A stretch of 64,000 bases of DNA from Pontiella sp. (lineage in GTDB: Bacteria; Verrucomicrobiota; Kiritimatiellia; Kiritimatiellales; Pontiellaceae): assembly GCA_036479375.1 (NCBI GenBank), contig JAZGFK010000140.1, forward strand, positions 2,215-66,214, read 5' to 3'. Below the pieces are notes generated by a model. It worked only from the letters and a program-made list of their open reading frames with translations. It had not been told where the DNA came from and did no database searches. Below, one piece after another: positions 1 to 8,779 of this stretch. The first letter of the stretch is position 1. The number at the start of each line of letters is the position of its first letter. A program made the translations under genes and the position numbers.

Positions 1-2
1 CA

Positions 3-335
3 CTAACCATCGCTCAAGCTGCGCCGGCCGCTGCACCTGCAGGATCGCCGTTCCAGTTTCCCATCATGATGGTGATTTTATTTGCGATCATGTATTTCAT
101 GATGATTCGTCCGCAGCGCCGAAAAGAAAAAGAACGCAAAGCAATGATTGCCTCCGTCAAGACCGGCACCCGGGTCTTGCTGACCAGTGGAATTATGGGT
201 GAGATTATCAATGTTAAAGAATCGACCTTGATTGTCCGCATTGCGGAAAATACCAAGGTTGAAGTGGTTCGCGGTGCAATCTCCCAGGTATTGGAAGAGG
301 GCGAAACGCCTGCCGAAATTGAACCGTCCAAGTAG
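3..335 (+). CDS. yajC: Preprotein translocase subunit YajC (5' end lies outside the window)
   Basis: YFMMIRPQRRKEKE and GTRVLLTSGIMGEI motifs; directly upstream of secDF; reading frame open to the window edge. Confidence 0.93.
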   Translation, partial: LTIAQAAPAAAPAGSPFQFPIMMVILFAIMYFMMIRPQRRKEKERKAMIASVKTGTRVLLTSGIMGEIINVKESTLIVRIAENTKVEVVRGAISQVLEEGETPAEIEPSK

Positions 336-349
336 AAAGGTTTAGAACA

Positions 350-2821
350 ATGGATAAAAATAAACTTTGGAAGTGGCTCCTGCTGGGCCTTCTCGTTATC
401 TGGTCATTCGCGTTGGTTACTCCGCTGGATCAGAAAGTTAAACTAGGTCTGGACCTTCGTGGCGGATCGAGTTTTGTGGTTGAAGTGGACGCCGAAGATG
501 TAGCCAAGAAAATGGTTGAGGATGAGACGGCAACTTCAATTGATTCGATTAAAGATTCTGAACTGAAAGATCGGATCAAGAAAGTTCAGGAAATCGCGGT
601 GGAAACCATCCGTAACCGAATTGATGTGCTCGGCACCTCCGAACCGGAAATTTATCCGGAAGGCGATGCCCGAATCGTGATCCGTATTCCCGGTGCCGAT
701 GCTGAAACGCGTGCCGAAGCCAAATCCCAGATCTTGAGCGATGCGGTTTTAAGTTTCAAAATGGTTCACCCCGAAAGCGCTGCCTGGGTAAGCGAAGTGC
801 TCAGTGCCGGGCAGATTCCTTCTGGCTTCAAAATTGGTGGGCAGGATGGTTCCGGTGTGTATTTCATTCGCGATCGCGCTGCGATGGCTGATGATCAGTT
901 GGATCGCGCTTTTTATGAAAAACTTAAGCGTTTTGGTGGAAAACACGCCGACTACATGCTGATGGCTGATCGCCTGCAGGATGGATCCACGATTTATCGC
1001 CCCGAGTTTATCGAACGTCGCCGGCAGATGGGTGGCGATACCATCAGCAATGCATTCGTGACCTACGACCAGATGACGGGTCTCCCGAGCATTTCACTTG
1101 AATTCGATAACGTCGGTAAAAAAGAGTTCGGTCGTGTGACTGAATCCAACAGTCCGAGAGATGATGGTACCTATCGCCGCATGGCTATCATTCTCGATGA
1201 CACCCTTTATTCTGCTCCGCGCATCAACGAAGCAATCTACAGCGGTCGTGCCGAAATTTCCGGCAGCTTTACAGTCGTAGAAGCCCGTCGCCTCGTGAAC
1301 GTACTGCGCGCCGGTGCGCTTCCGGGCCGCGTTAATATCGTTGAGGAACGCACGGTCGCTCCGACACTCGGTCATGACTCCATCAACAGTGGCGTTAAGG
1401 CCATCATGTATGGTGGTGCAGCGGTATTGCTCTTCATGGGTATCTTCTATTTGGTGCCCGGCATGGTTGCCAACCTTTCGTTGGTATTTGTGCTGTTGTT
1501 GCTCCCGGTGGGCATGATGGTTTCTTCCGGGTTCCTCGGTGTTATTTCCGGCTCGCTCGAAGGCGGTTCGGTTAGTCTCCCAACGCTGACGCTATACGGC
1601 ATTGCCGGTATTGTATTGACGATCGGTATGGCCGTTGACGCCAATGTACTTATTTTTGAGCGTATGCGCGAAGAGTGGCGAGTCGGTAAGTCTGTTGCGG
1701 GTTCCATTAACGCGGGTTACAACAAAGCGTTCAGCACGATTCTCGACGCCAACGTAACCACGTTGCTGACGGCCATCATTCTCTTCTGGCAGGGTTCCGG
1801 TCCAATTCGTGGTTTTGCGGTAACACTGAGTGCCGGTATTTTGGTGAGCATGTTCATTGTACTCGTTATGACCCGCTTGTTCTTCAACTCGATGGCCGAC
1901 GCCAATGTGCTTAAGTCGATCAAGATGATGTCGATCCCGTTTTTGCAGAATGCCAAGGTCAATTTCCTGGGTATGCGTAAGGTTGCCGGGATCATCTCCT
2001 TGCTCGTGATTTTAGGAACGTGGGGAATTTTTATTCAAAAAGGTGATGCCAACTTTGGCGTGGACTTTACCGGCGGCTCAGTCATCACATTTGAGTTTGA
2101 CGAAAAACAAGATATTGAAATAGTCCGCGGTGCATTGGCTGATGCTGGTTTTGCAACGGCCAATATTGCCTATCAGGCCGACCTTAGCGGAAATGAATTC
2201 CTCGAAGTAAAAGTAGGTGCGTCCGGTGAAGAATCCGAACCTGCGCTCGTTGCGGTTAAAACCCTTCCGGGCAACTATCAGGATGTTAAAAATGACAGCG
2301 TGGGATCGCAGATTGGTGCAGAGCTGAAGAGCAAGGGCATCAAGGCGATTATCTTCGCGCTGATCGGTATCGTTATCTATATCTCGATCCGATTCGAATT
2401 TGCCTTTGCGATGGGTGCTATCACGGCCGTGGCGCATGATGTTCTGATTACGATCGGTATCTTCTGTGCGCTAGGGAATGAATTGAGTATGCCAATTATC
2501 GCGGCATTGCTCACCATTGTGGGGTACTCGGTCAACGATACCATCGTAGTATTCGACCGCATCCGCGAAGATCTGAAACTGGTCAAAGGCAAGTCCTATA
2601 AGGAAATTGCCAACCTATCCATCAATCAGACCCTCAGCCGTACGGTCCTGACATCGGTTACCACGTTGCTGACGGTGGTTATGTTGCTGGTGTTTGGCGG
2701 CGGTGCTGTGAAGGACTTCGCACTGGCCCTGTTTATCGGCATCCTGGTGGGCACCTATTCCTCCATCTTTGTGGCCACGCCGGTTGTGCTCCTGTGGCAT
2801 AAGGAAGAAAAGGTTAAGTAG
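350..2821 (+). CDS. secDF: Fused protein translocase subunit SecDF
   Basis: LGLDLRGG, GMAVDANVLIFER, GVDFTGG and GYSVNDTIVVFDRIRE motifs of SecD and SecF in one ORF. Confidence 0.97.
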   Translation: MDKNKLWKWLLLGLLVIWSFALVTPLDQKVKLGLDLRGGSSFVVEVDAEDVAKKMVEDETATSIDSIKDSELKDRIKKVQEIAVETIRNRIDVLGTSEPEIYPEGDARIVIRIPGADAETRAEAKSQILSDAVLSFKMVHPESAAWVSEVLSAGQIPSGFKIGGQDGSGVYFIRDRAAMADDQLDRAFYEKLKRFGGKHADYMLMADRLQDGSTIYRPEFIERRRQMGGDTISNAFVTYDQMTGLPSISLEFDNVGKKEFGRVTESNSPRDDGTYRRMAIILDDTLYSAPRINEAIYSGRAEISGSFTVVEARRLVNVLRAGALPGRVNIVEERTVAPTLGHDSINSGVKAIMYGGAAVLLFMGIFYLVPGMVANLSLVFVLLLLPVGMMVSSGFLGVISGSLEGGSVSLPTLTLYGIAGIVLTIGMAVDANVLIFERMREEWRVGKSVAGSINAGYNKAFSTILDANVTTLLTAIILFWQGSGPIRGFAVTLSAGILVSMFIVLVMTRLFFNSMADANVLKSIKMMSIPFLQNAKVNFLGMRKVAGIISLLVILGTWGIFIQKGDANFGVDFTGGSVITFEFDEKQDIEIVRGALADAGFATANIAYQADLSGNEFLEVKVGASGEESEPALVAVKTLPGNYQDVKNDSVGSQIGAELKSKGIKAIIFALIGIVIYISIRFEFAFAMGAITAVAHDVLITIGIFCALGNELSMPIIAALLTIVGYSVNDTIVVFDRIREDLKLVKGKSYKEIANLSINQTLSRTVLTSVTTLLTVVMLLVFGGGAVKDFALALFIGILVGTYSSIFVATPVVLLWHKEEKVK

Positions 2822-2848
2822 ACTTTCAATTATTGGAAAGCTATGTTC

Positions 2849-2879
2849 AAAAGCGTCCTGCAAGTTGGGGCGCTTTTTT
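2849..2879 (+). terminator. Probable intrinsic terminator after secDF
   Basis: AAAAGCGTCC...GGGCGCTTTTTT hairpin with T-tract just after the stop. Confidence 0.7.
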
Positions 2880-2901
2880 CGTATTCGGTTGTATTGGTTT
2901 A

Positions 2902-4170
2902 ATGAATTGGAATGAAATGAACGACCCGACATATAAACTTCAATTTCCAATAATGCGTTTTATATTACGGAAAGTAATGGATCCGGAGTCGTCTCCGGAG
3001 AGTCATGAAAATCGAACAAGACTGGGTATACTCGCTGGCTGGGTGAGCATTGTTTTGAGTGCCGTTCTAGCGGGGGCCAAGTGTTGGTTGGGGTTGGTTT
3101 CGGGGAGCATTTCAATGATTGCCGATGCCACAAATAATCTGACTGATATGGGAAGCTCGCTGGTCATTGCGCTGGGCTTTCAGTGGTCGAGAAAGCCGCG
3201 CGATGAGGATCATCCATTTGGTCATGGCCGGATCGAGACCGTTGCCACCTTCGTGCTATCCATAGCGCTTATTCTGGTGGGAGCTGAAGTGGCTAAATCG
3301 GGAATCTCGCGGTTGTTCAATCCTCAACCCGTAGAGGCGCCGACCTGGTTGCTGCTTACGGTGGGTGGCACGGTTCTGATCAAAGCATGGATGGCAATCT
3401 TTGCCCGTAAGCTGGCCAAGCTTTCAAAATCCCCGGTTTTGGAAGCTGATGCATGGAATCACACCTTCGATATTGTCTGTACGCTTATGGTGGTTGTGGC
3501 GCTCGTCAGCTCCCGGATGGGCTGGGGCGTCGTCGATGGATGGACCGCGATTGGCGTGGCTTTTTTCATTCTCTATACGGGGGTATCTTTCGCGCGCGAG
3601 GCGATTGATATTCTGTTGGGAAAAAAGCCCGATCCCGCCGAAATTCAGGCAATTTATAATACGGTGGTGGCGGTGGATGGAGTGATGGGGGCTCATGAGG
3701 TTATGGTACACCAGTATGGCGATGTTAAAATGGTATCGTTCCATATCGAAGTAGACTCCAATATGAGTCTGTTCGATGCTCATGAAATATCCGAACGCGC
3801 CGAAGAAGCGGTTGAAATAAAACTGCAATGGCGTGCTGTGGCGCATGTGGACCCGGTCGATCGTTCGCATCCGCTTTTTGAGAACCTGAACCGGGTGCTT
3901 CATGATTTTATCCGGCGGGAATCCGGGGTGGTGGATGTGCATGATTTACGCGCCCATGGAAGCGTTGCGCCGTACAGTATTTCGTTTGATCTGGTCACAG
4001 ATATGGAAACAAGCCGGAACGATTACGACGCACTATATCGGCGTTGTCTGGATGCATTAGAATCGGCTTTCGGGAGTCGAGTGAAGAATGTGGAAATCGG
4101 GCTTGAGGCATCCATTGAAAGTGCCCCAATGGTGCGCAAGCAGTTTGACCTGCTCGGCAACAGAAAATGA
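2902..4170 (+). CDS. Cation diffusion facilitator family transporter (start uncertain: 2902, 2917 or 2953)
   Basis: ADATNNLTD, DEDHPFGHGRIE and ADAWNHTFD CDF motifs; C-terminal dimerisation domain; TTG at 2833 lies upstream of the terminator and is unlikely. Confidence 0.9.
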   Translation: MNWNEMNDPTYKLQFPIMRFILRKVMDPESSPESHENRTRLGILAGWVSIVLSAVLAGAKCWLGLVSGSISMIADATNNLTDMGSSLVIALGFQWSRKPRDEDHPFGHGRIETVATFVLSIALILVGAEVAKSGISRLFNPQPVEAPTWLLLTVGGTVLIKAWMAIFARKLAKLSKSPVLEADAWNHTFDIVCTLMVVVALVSSRMGWGVVDGWTAIGVAFFILYTGVSFAREAIDILLGKKPDPAEIQAIYNTVVAVDGVMGAHEVMVHQYGDVKMVSFHIEVDSNMSLFDAHEISERAEEAVEIKLQWRAVAHVDPVDRSHPLFENLNRVLHDFIRRESGVVDVHDLRAHGSVAPYSISFDLVTDMETSRNDYDALYRRCLDALESAFGSRVKNVEIGLEASIESAPMVRKQFDLLGNRK

Positions 4171-4182
4171 TTTACTGCGTAT

Positions 4183-4210
4183 TTGCCACAAACATGAATG
4201 TTGGTATGAT
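4183..4210 (+). promoter_or_regulatory. Candidate sigma70 promoter of the Hpt operon
   Basis: TTGCCA-16 bp-TATGAT with TG extension, about 40 bp before the ATG. Confidence 0.4.
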
Positions 4211-4250
4211 CTGTAAATGGTTCTGACATCAATTATTTAAGGAAGTAACA

Positions 4251-4601
4251 ATGGCGAATATACCTGGAAATGTCGAATGGGTTGCGGATCTGATACCTGA
4301 TCTTGAGGCAAAGCGTGGTCGGTTTGAGGTCGATACTGATGAAGTGGACGATGAACTTATTGAAGTATTCATTGAGGAACTTCACCGGCTGACTGGAGAA
4401 TTGCAGGTGGGTATCGGACAGAACGATTCCGAAATGGTTCGTATGGCGGCGCACTCGATCAAAGGAATGGGCGGTACGATTGGTCTTCCGGAGCTTTCAG
4501 TTCTGGGTCTGGAAATTGAAAACCTGACAAAGGACAATCGCATGCCGGAAACCCAACGACTTGTGGATGCCCTTGCACATTGGATGACGACCCTGAGCTA
4601 G
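4251..4601 (+). CDS. Stand-alone Hpt (histidine phosphotransfer) protein
   Basis: AAHSIKGMGGTIG Hpt signature with intact His; 116 aa. Confidence 0.9.
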   Translation: MANIPGNVEWVADLIPDLEAKRGRFEVDTDEVDDELIEVFIEELHRLTGELQVGIGQNDSEMVRMAAHSIKGMGGTIGLPELSVLGLEIENLTKDNRMPETQRLVDALAHWMTTLS

Positions 4602-4608
4602 GATTCTT

Positions 4609-6249
4609 ATGCCCACCGAAAATACGCAATCTCCCGAAACCATAACAACATCCCGTTTGATTCAGAATCTTTCGGGACGGGTTCTTGTCGTGGATGATGA
4701 ATTGCCGAACCGGCTGTACCTTCGTAAACTGCTGGAGACCCGCGGCTGTGAAGTATTTGATGCCGATGATGGACCAACGGCATTAACAATTGCTTTCAAA
4801 AAAGTACCCGATCTCATCCTTGTGGATGTGATGATGCCGGGTATGGACGGCTTTGAGTTATGTGGACGTTTGCGCGACGAACCCCGAACCTCTTCAGTTC
4901 CGGTTATTATGGTAACTGCCAAATCGAAAATTGAAGATATTGAAACCGGCTTTGAACTGGGAGCAATGGATTATATTCGTAAACCGTTCAATCCTCGCGA
5001 ACTCGTCTTGCGTGTCGGAAATGCCCTCGCCCTCAAAAAGAGTAATGACGAGCTCACGATATGGAATAACCGTGTATCGCGGGACCTCGAACTTGCCGGT
5101 ACAATCCAGCGGTCGCTGTTTTCAGACATTCCTCATTTTACACGCCGCTTCGAAGTTCGGATTGCCTATAGAACCTGCATGGACGTAGGCGGCGATGCCT
5201 TCGATATTGTTGCTTTACCCGATGGAAAGTATTGTATCTACGTGGCAGATGTTTCTGGTCATGGTGTGGCTCCGGCTATGATTTCTGCGCTGCTGAAAGC
5301 CACGGCAAGCGAGATGATTCATCGGTATGTGGATCAGGGCCCGGCCGCGATTTGTAATGCAATCAATATGATTTTTCGCCGGAGAATCGACAATCCGTCC
5401 TACTTCGCAACGATGTTTATGGCGGTACATGATCCGCAGACTCTGGAATGGCGGTGTATGAACTGCGGCCATCCAAATCCCGTAATCATTCGCAATGGTT
5501 CCCTTACCGATTCGTCGGCATTTAGTAAAAGGGGAGGAGCTCCAATTGGATTCCCGTTCGGCTCCGAACGACCCTATTCTGTTATGGATGAAGTTGTATT
5601 CAAAGATGAGGGAAATTCTTATCTCTTGCTCTATACCGATGGACTGATGGAAGCACGCCATACGGCAACGGATGAAGAATGCGGAATACGGATGCCGGCG
5701 GCGTACGAACAGGTGGTGAAAGATCCTTCCAGACCCAATAAAGCGGTTGATCTGCTCGATATGCTGGTGTCCGAGCATTTTAACTTATCGGCAGATGATT
5801 GCACCGCGATCTCAATTCACATGCTTGATCCCGTAAAGATCGTGCTGGAGAGAACCGTGGCCAGAAATATTTATTTGGTCTCGGACACCGCGAAGCAGGC
5901 CGAAATCGCTGTTTTATCTCAAGGAATTTCTCCCGATACGGCTGGCTTGCTGAGGTTGCTGGTAATGGAGCTGGGTGCAAATCTGGTGGATCATGGAGGC
6001 CTGGACGAAGAGGATTCATTCTGGATGCAAATCCGTGTGGATGAAAATGTAGTTCAGGTTATTTTGAGCGATGAAGGAACCGAGTGGGATTTAGAAGAAG
6101 CGCTTAATCGTGAACTGGATCCGGCCTATATGGGGGAACGGGGACGGGGACTTGCCATCACGAACTCGATCACCGATCGCATTGAGCGCTACAGGGTTCA
6201 GAATCAGAACCTGACCTATTGTACCCTTATTGATGGGGAGGAAAAATAG
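4609..6249 (+). CDS. REC-PP2C(SpoIIE/RsbU)-HATPase(RsbW-like) response regulator, HsbR-like architecture
   Basis: REC VLVVDD/LILVDVMMPGMDG/KPF; PP2C VGGD, ADVSGHG, YTDGL, DDCT; kinase ELGANLVDHG, SDEG, GERGRGL. Confidence 0.9.
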   Translation: MPTENTQSPETITTSRLIQNLSGRVLVVDDELPNRLYLRKLLETRGCEVFDADDGPTALTIAFKKVPDLILVDVMMPGMDGFELCGRLRDEPRTSSVPVIMVTAKSKIEDIETGFELGAMDYIRKPFNPRELVLRVGNALALKKSNDELTIWNNRVSRDLELAGTIQRSLFSDIPHFTRRFEVRIAYRTCMDVGGDAFDIVALPDGKYCIYVADVSGHGVAPAMISALLKATASEMIHRYVDQGPAAICNAINMIFRRRIDNPSYFATMFMAVHDPQTLEWRCMNCGHPNPVIIRNGSLTDSSAFSKRGGAPIGFPFGSERPYSVMDEVVFKDEGNSYLLLYTDGLMEARHTATDEECGIRMPAAYEQVVKDPSRPNKAVDLLDMLVSEHFNLSADDCTAISIHMLDPVKIVLERTVARNIYLVSDTAKQAEIAVLSQGISPDTAGLLRLLVMELGANLVDHGGLDEEDSFWMQIRVDENVVQVILSDEGTEWDLEEALNRELDPAYMGERGRGLAITNSITDRIERYRVQNQNLTYCTLIDGEEK

Positions 6250-6984
6250 ATGGAACGGCCGGTCTACAGGGCAAGGCGCGAACTGTTCGAGCGTATGGAT
6301 ATCCCGGTCACCAAGGCGGATATCCAGATCCTGAAGTGGAAGCAGCGAAGCCGTTTGGTAGTCTGGGAAGGCATGTTGCGTAGCCTACTCGTTTTTAAGC
6401 GACTACTGGATATTCTGCTCAGCTCCTTTGCGTTGGTTCTCTTGTTACCCATCCTTATCGTGGTCGCGGTTTGCATCATTATCGAAGATGGATTTCCGGT
6501 TATCTACATGCAAAAACGTGTAGGGCTCAATGGACGAGAATTCCGATTCTATAAGTTCCGCTCCATGGTCAAGGGAGCCGATAAACTGAAGCTCGATTTA
6601 CTGGATCATAACGAGTCGGGAGACGGCGTGACCTTTAAAATGAGAGAGGACCCGCGCGTGTTGCGCATTGGGCGCTTTCTGCGACGTTCCAGCATCGATG
6701 AAATCCCGCAGTTCTTTAATGTACTTATTGGCGACTTGTCTGTCGTCGGGCCACGGCCTCCGTTGTCAGAAGAAGTAAAATCCTATTCGCTTTCCGACCG
6801 GAAACGCCTGCACGTAAAACCGGGGCTGACCTGCCTGTGGCAAATTCGCGGCCGATCTGATATACCGTTTGATCAGCAGGTCGGTCTCGACATGCAGTAT
6901 ATTCAGAGCCAAAGTATTTTTAAGGACTTGGTTATCGTGTTGAAAACAATTCCGGCGGTATTGTTTGGCCGCGGAGCCTATTAG
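6250..6984 (+). CDS. Bacterial sugar transferase (priming phosphoglycosyltransferase)
   Basis: KRLLDI, FRFYKFRSM, DPRV..IGRFLRRSSIDEIPQFFNVLIGDLSVVGPRP and KPGLTCLWQI. Confidence 0.95.
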   Translation: MERPVYRARRELFERMDIPVTKADIQILKWKQRSRLVVWEGMLRSLLVFKRLLDILLSSFALVLLLPILIVVAVCIIIEDGFPVIYMQKRVGLNGREFRFYKFRSMVKGADKLKLDLLDHNESGDGVTFKMREDPRVLRIGRFLRRSSIDEIPQFFNVLIGDLSVVGPRPPLSEEVKSYSLSDRKRLHVKPGLTCLWQIRGRSDIPFDQQVGLDMQYIQSQSIFKDLVIVLKTIPAVLFGRGAY

Positions 6985-6996
6985 GGAGCATTGAAA

Positions 6997-7338
6997 ATGG
7001 TAGTGAACTGTTCAAGGATAAATGGCATTGGCGTAGTGCAGGTAAGCAAAGCGCTTACGGCCGCCACCGTAGATTCTTTCCGCGATCAGCTTTCCAGCTG
7101 GCAGGAAGCTGAACGCGATGTAACCAATTATGTTATTGATCTGGAGAAGGTTGATTTCATGGATTCTGCTGGACTCGGAACGCTTATCGCTGTTTTAAAA
7201 CGCATAACCGAGCGCGATGGCGACATGAAAATTGCCAACCTTCAGAAAAAACCCCGAATGGTATTCGAAATAACCCGTGCCTATAAAGTATTCGAAATCT
7301 ACGAGACCGTAGAAGACGCCCTCAAGGGATTTGGATGA
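6997..7338 (+). CDS. STAS-domain anti-sigma factor antagonist
   Basis: IDLEKVDFMDSAGLG with conserved phospho-Ser; start 6991 (TTG) or 6997 (ATG). Confidence 0.93.
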   Translation: MVVNCSRINGIGVVQVSKALTAATVDSFRDQLSSWQEAERDVTNYVIDLEKVDFMDSAGLGTLIAVLKRITERDGDMKIANLQKKPRMVFEITRAYKVFEIYETVEDALKGFG

Positions 7339-7356
7339 TCGAACAGACATAAACCA

Positions 7357-8757
7357 ATGATCGCCGTATTCAATACAGCAAATGCCTGCAGCTGGGCAAA
7401 GAACCTAAGTGATACTCCCTGGCCGCTGCTTCCCGTTTCCAATCGCCCCTTGCTCGACTACTGGCTCGAAGCTTGTACTGAACAGCAAATTCAATCAGTC
7501 CATATTGTGCTGGGCGAAGATGCCAAGCTGATCGAGGATTTTATTGGAGACGGCAAGCGATGGAATGTCGATGTGGAATATACCTTCGCACGATCCGGCG
7601 AAGAACCGCTGGATTATTTAAAATCAATTTCCAGTCAGTGGAAAAATGGCCTTTTTTATCTGGATGGGCCTTTTTTTATGCGTCGTCGCCAGGGCTACCG
7701 TTCGGAGGGATTCCAGCGGCTGGAAGCTTGCCGACATGATTATGATAATGAAATGTTAGTGCTTTACGGGAAGACGGCTGATGAGGTTGAAGAGCTGCTT
7801 AATGGCGTTTCTGGTTCTTCGCGTGGTTTGGAACAGATTCACATCAACCCCTACCCACTGGAGAGCATTAAGGCCTACTTCGATCTCAATATGTATATGG
7901 TTGCAGGAGAATTTTCTCGTTATGTAACCGCAGGCTTTTCAGGGGGCGATGGCAGCTCCATTGGATACAACGTACGCACGCCTCCATCCAGTCATCTGCG
8001 TGCTCCCATCATGATTGGTGATGATTGCCGGTTTGGTGCCATGACGACGATTGGCCCCAATGCCATTGTAGCTAATCACGTGATTGTCGACGCTTATACG
8101 GAGCTTGTTGATTGCCTCATTCTCGATGATACCTACATCGGTCGTAATCTTGAAATTCGCAAAAAAATCGTTGCTGGAAATCGGGTGATAGATCCCATGG
8201 ATGGTACGGTTATTCAGATTGACGATTCATGGCTGGTTGCGCAGAACCGCCCTGACATGCGAACGGAAGACGTGGTGCGCTATATTATTCTTTGGGGCGT
8301 AACGCTGACTATGGCACTCATTCAATTAGTTCCGTTCTGCCTCCTCTATCCGTTGTTGCGGATCACCCGGATTGCCGGGTATACCAATGAACAGTTTCAT
8401 GATCCGCGCACAGGCTACATTGCGCTTCCTGTTTTTAGAAAACTTCAGAACCGAAAATCGGTCGTCTACCGTGTTTTCCGGGCGCTCTCGCTCGATCGCT
8501 TTCCCTGGATGCTCCGTGCGCTTTGCGGCAAGCTGTTTCTCTGCGGTCAGTCGCCTATGCAGCATCCGGAGGATGACGAAATCATCAAACAATTGGCGCA
8601 TTATTATCCCGGGGTTTTTTGTTATCAGGACTACAACAAAGATTCGGACCGGCTGACGGATGCACTTTGGTATGCTCACATTCGTTCGTTTTATGAAGAT
8701 ATAAAAATTCTCATCAAATCCCTCGTAACCCGATTCCTTGGCGCAGGCCGCCAATAA
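7357..8757 (+). CDS. NDP-sugar pyrophosphorylase-like domain + hexapeptide repeats + degenerate sugar-transferase domain
   Basis: PLLPVSNRPLLDYWLE and IEDFIGDGKRWNVDVEY; beta-helix IGDDCRFG/IGPNAIV; C-terminal SLDRFP..L.G.L.L.G..P. Confidence 0.75.
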   Translation: MIAVFNTANACSWAKNLSDTPWPLLPVSNRPLLDYWLEACTEQQIQSVHIVLGEDAKLIEDFIGDGKRWNVDVEYTFARSGEEPLDYLKSISSQWKNGLFYLDGPFFMRRRQGYRSEGFQRLEACRHDYDNEMLVLYGKTADEVEELLNGVSGSSRGLEQIHINPYPLESIKAYFDLNMYMVAGEFSRYVTAGFSGGDGSSIGYNVRTPPSSHLRAPIMIGDDCRFGAMTTIGPNAIVANHVIVDAYTELVDCLILDDTYIGRNLEIRKKIVAGNRVIDPMDGTVIQIDDSWLVAQNRPDMRTEDVVRYIILWGVTLTMALIQLVPFCLLYPLLRITRIAGYTNEQFHDPRTGYIALPVFRKLQNRKSVVYRVFRALSLDRFPWMLRALCGKLFLCGQSPMQHPEDDEIIKQLAHYYPGVFCYQDYNKDSDRLTDALWYAHIRSFYEDIKILIKSLVTRFLGAGRQ

Positions 8758-8779
8758 GCTTCCACTGACTGGGGAAAAT

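Noticed and set aside
2833-2901. Extended N-terminus of the CDF transporter
   Set aside because: Runs through the secDF terminator and has no RBS
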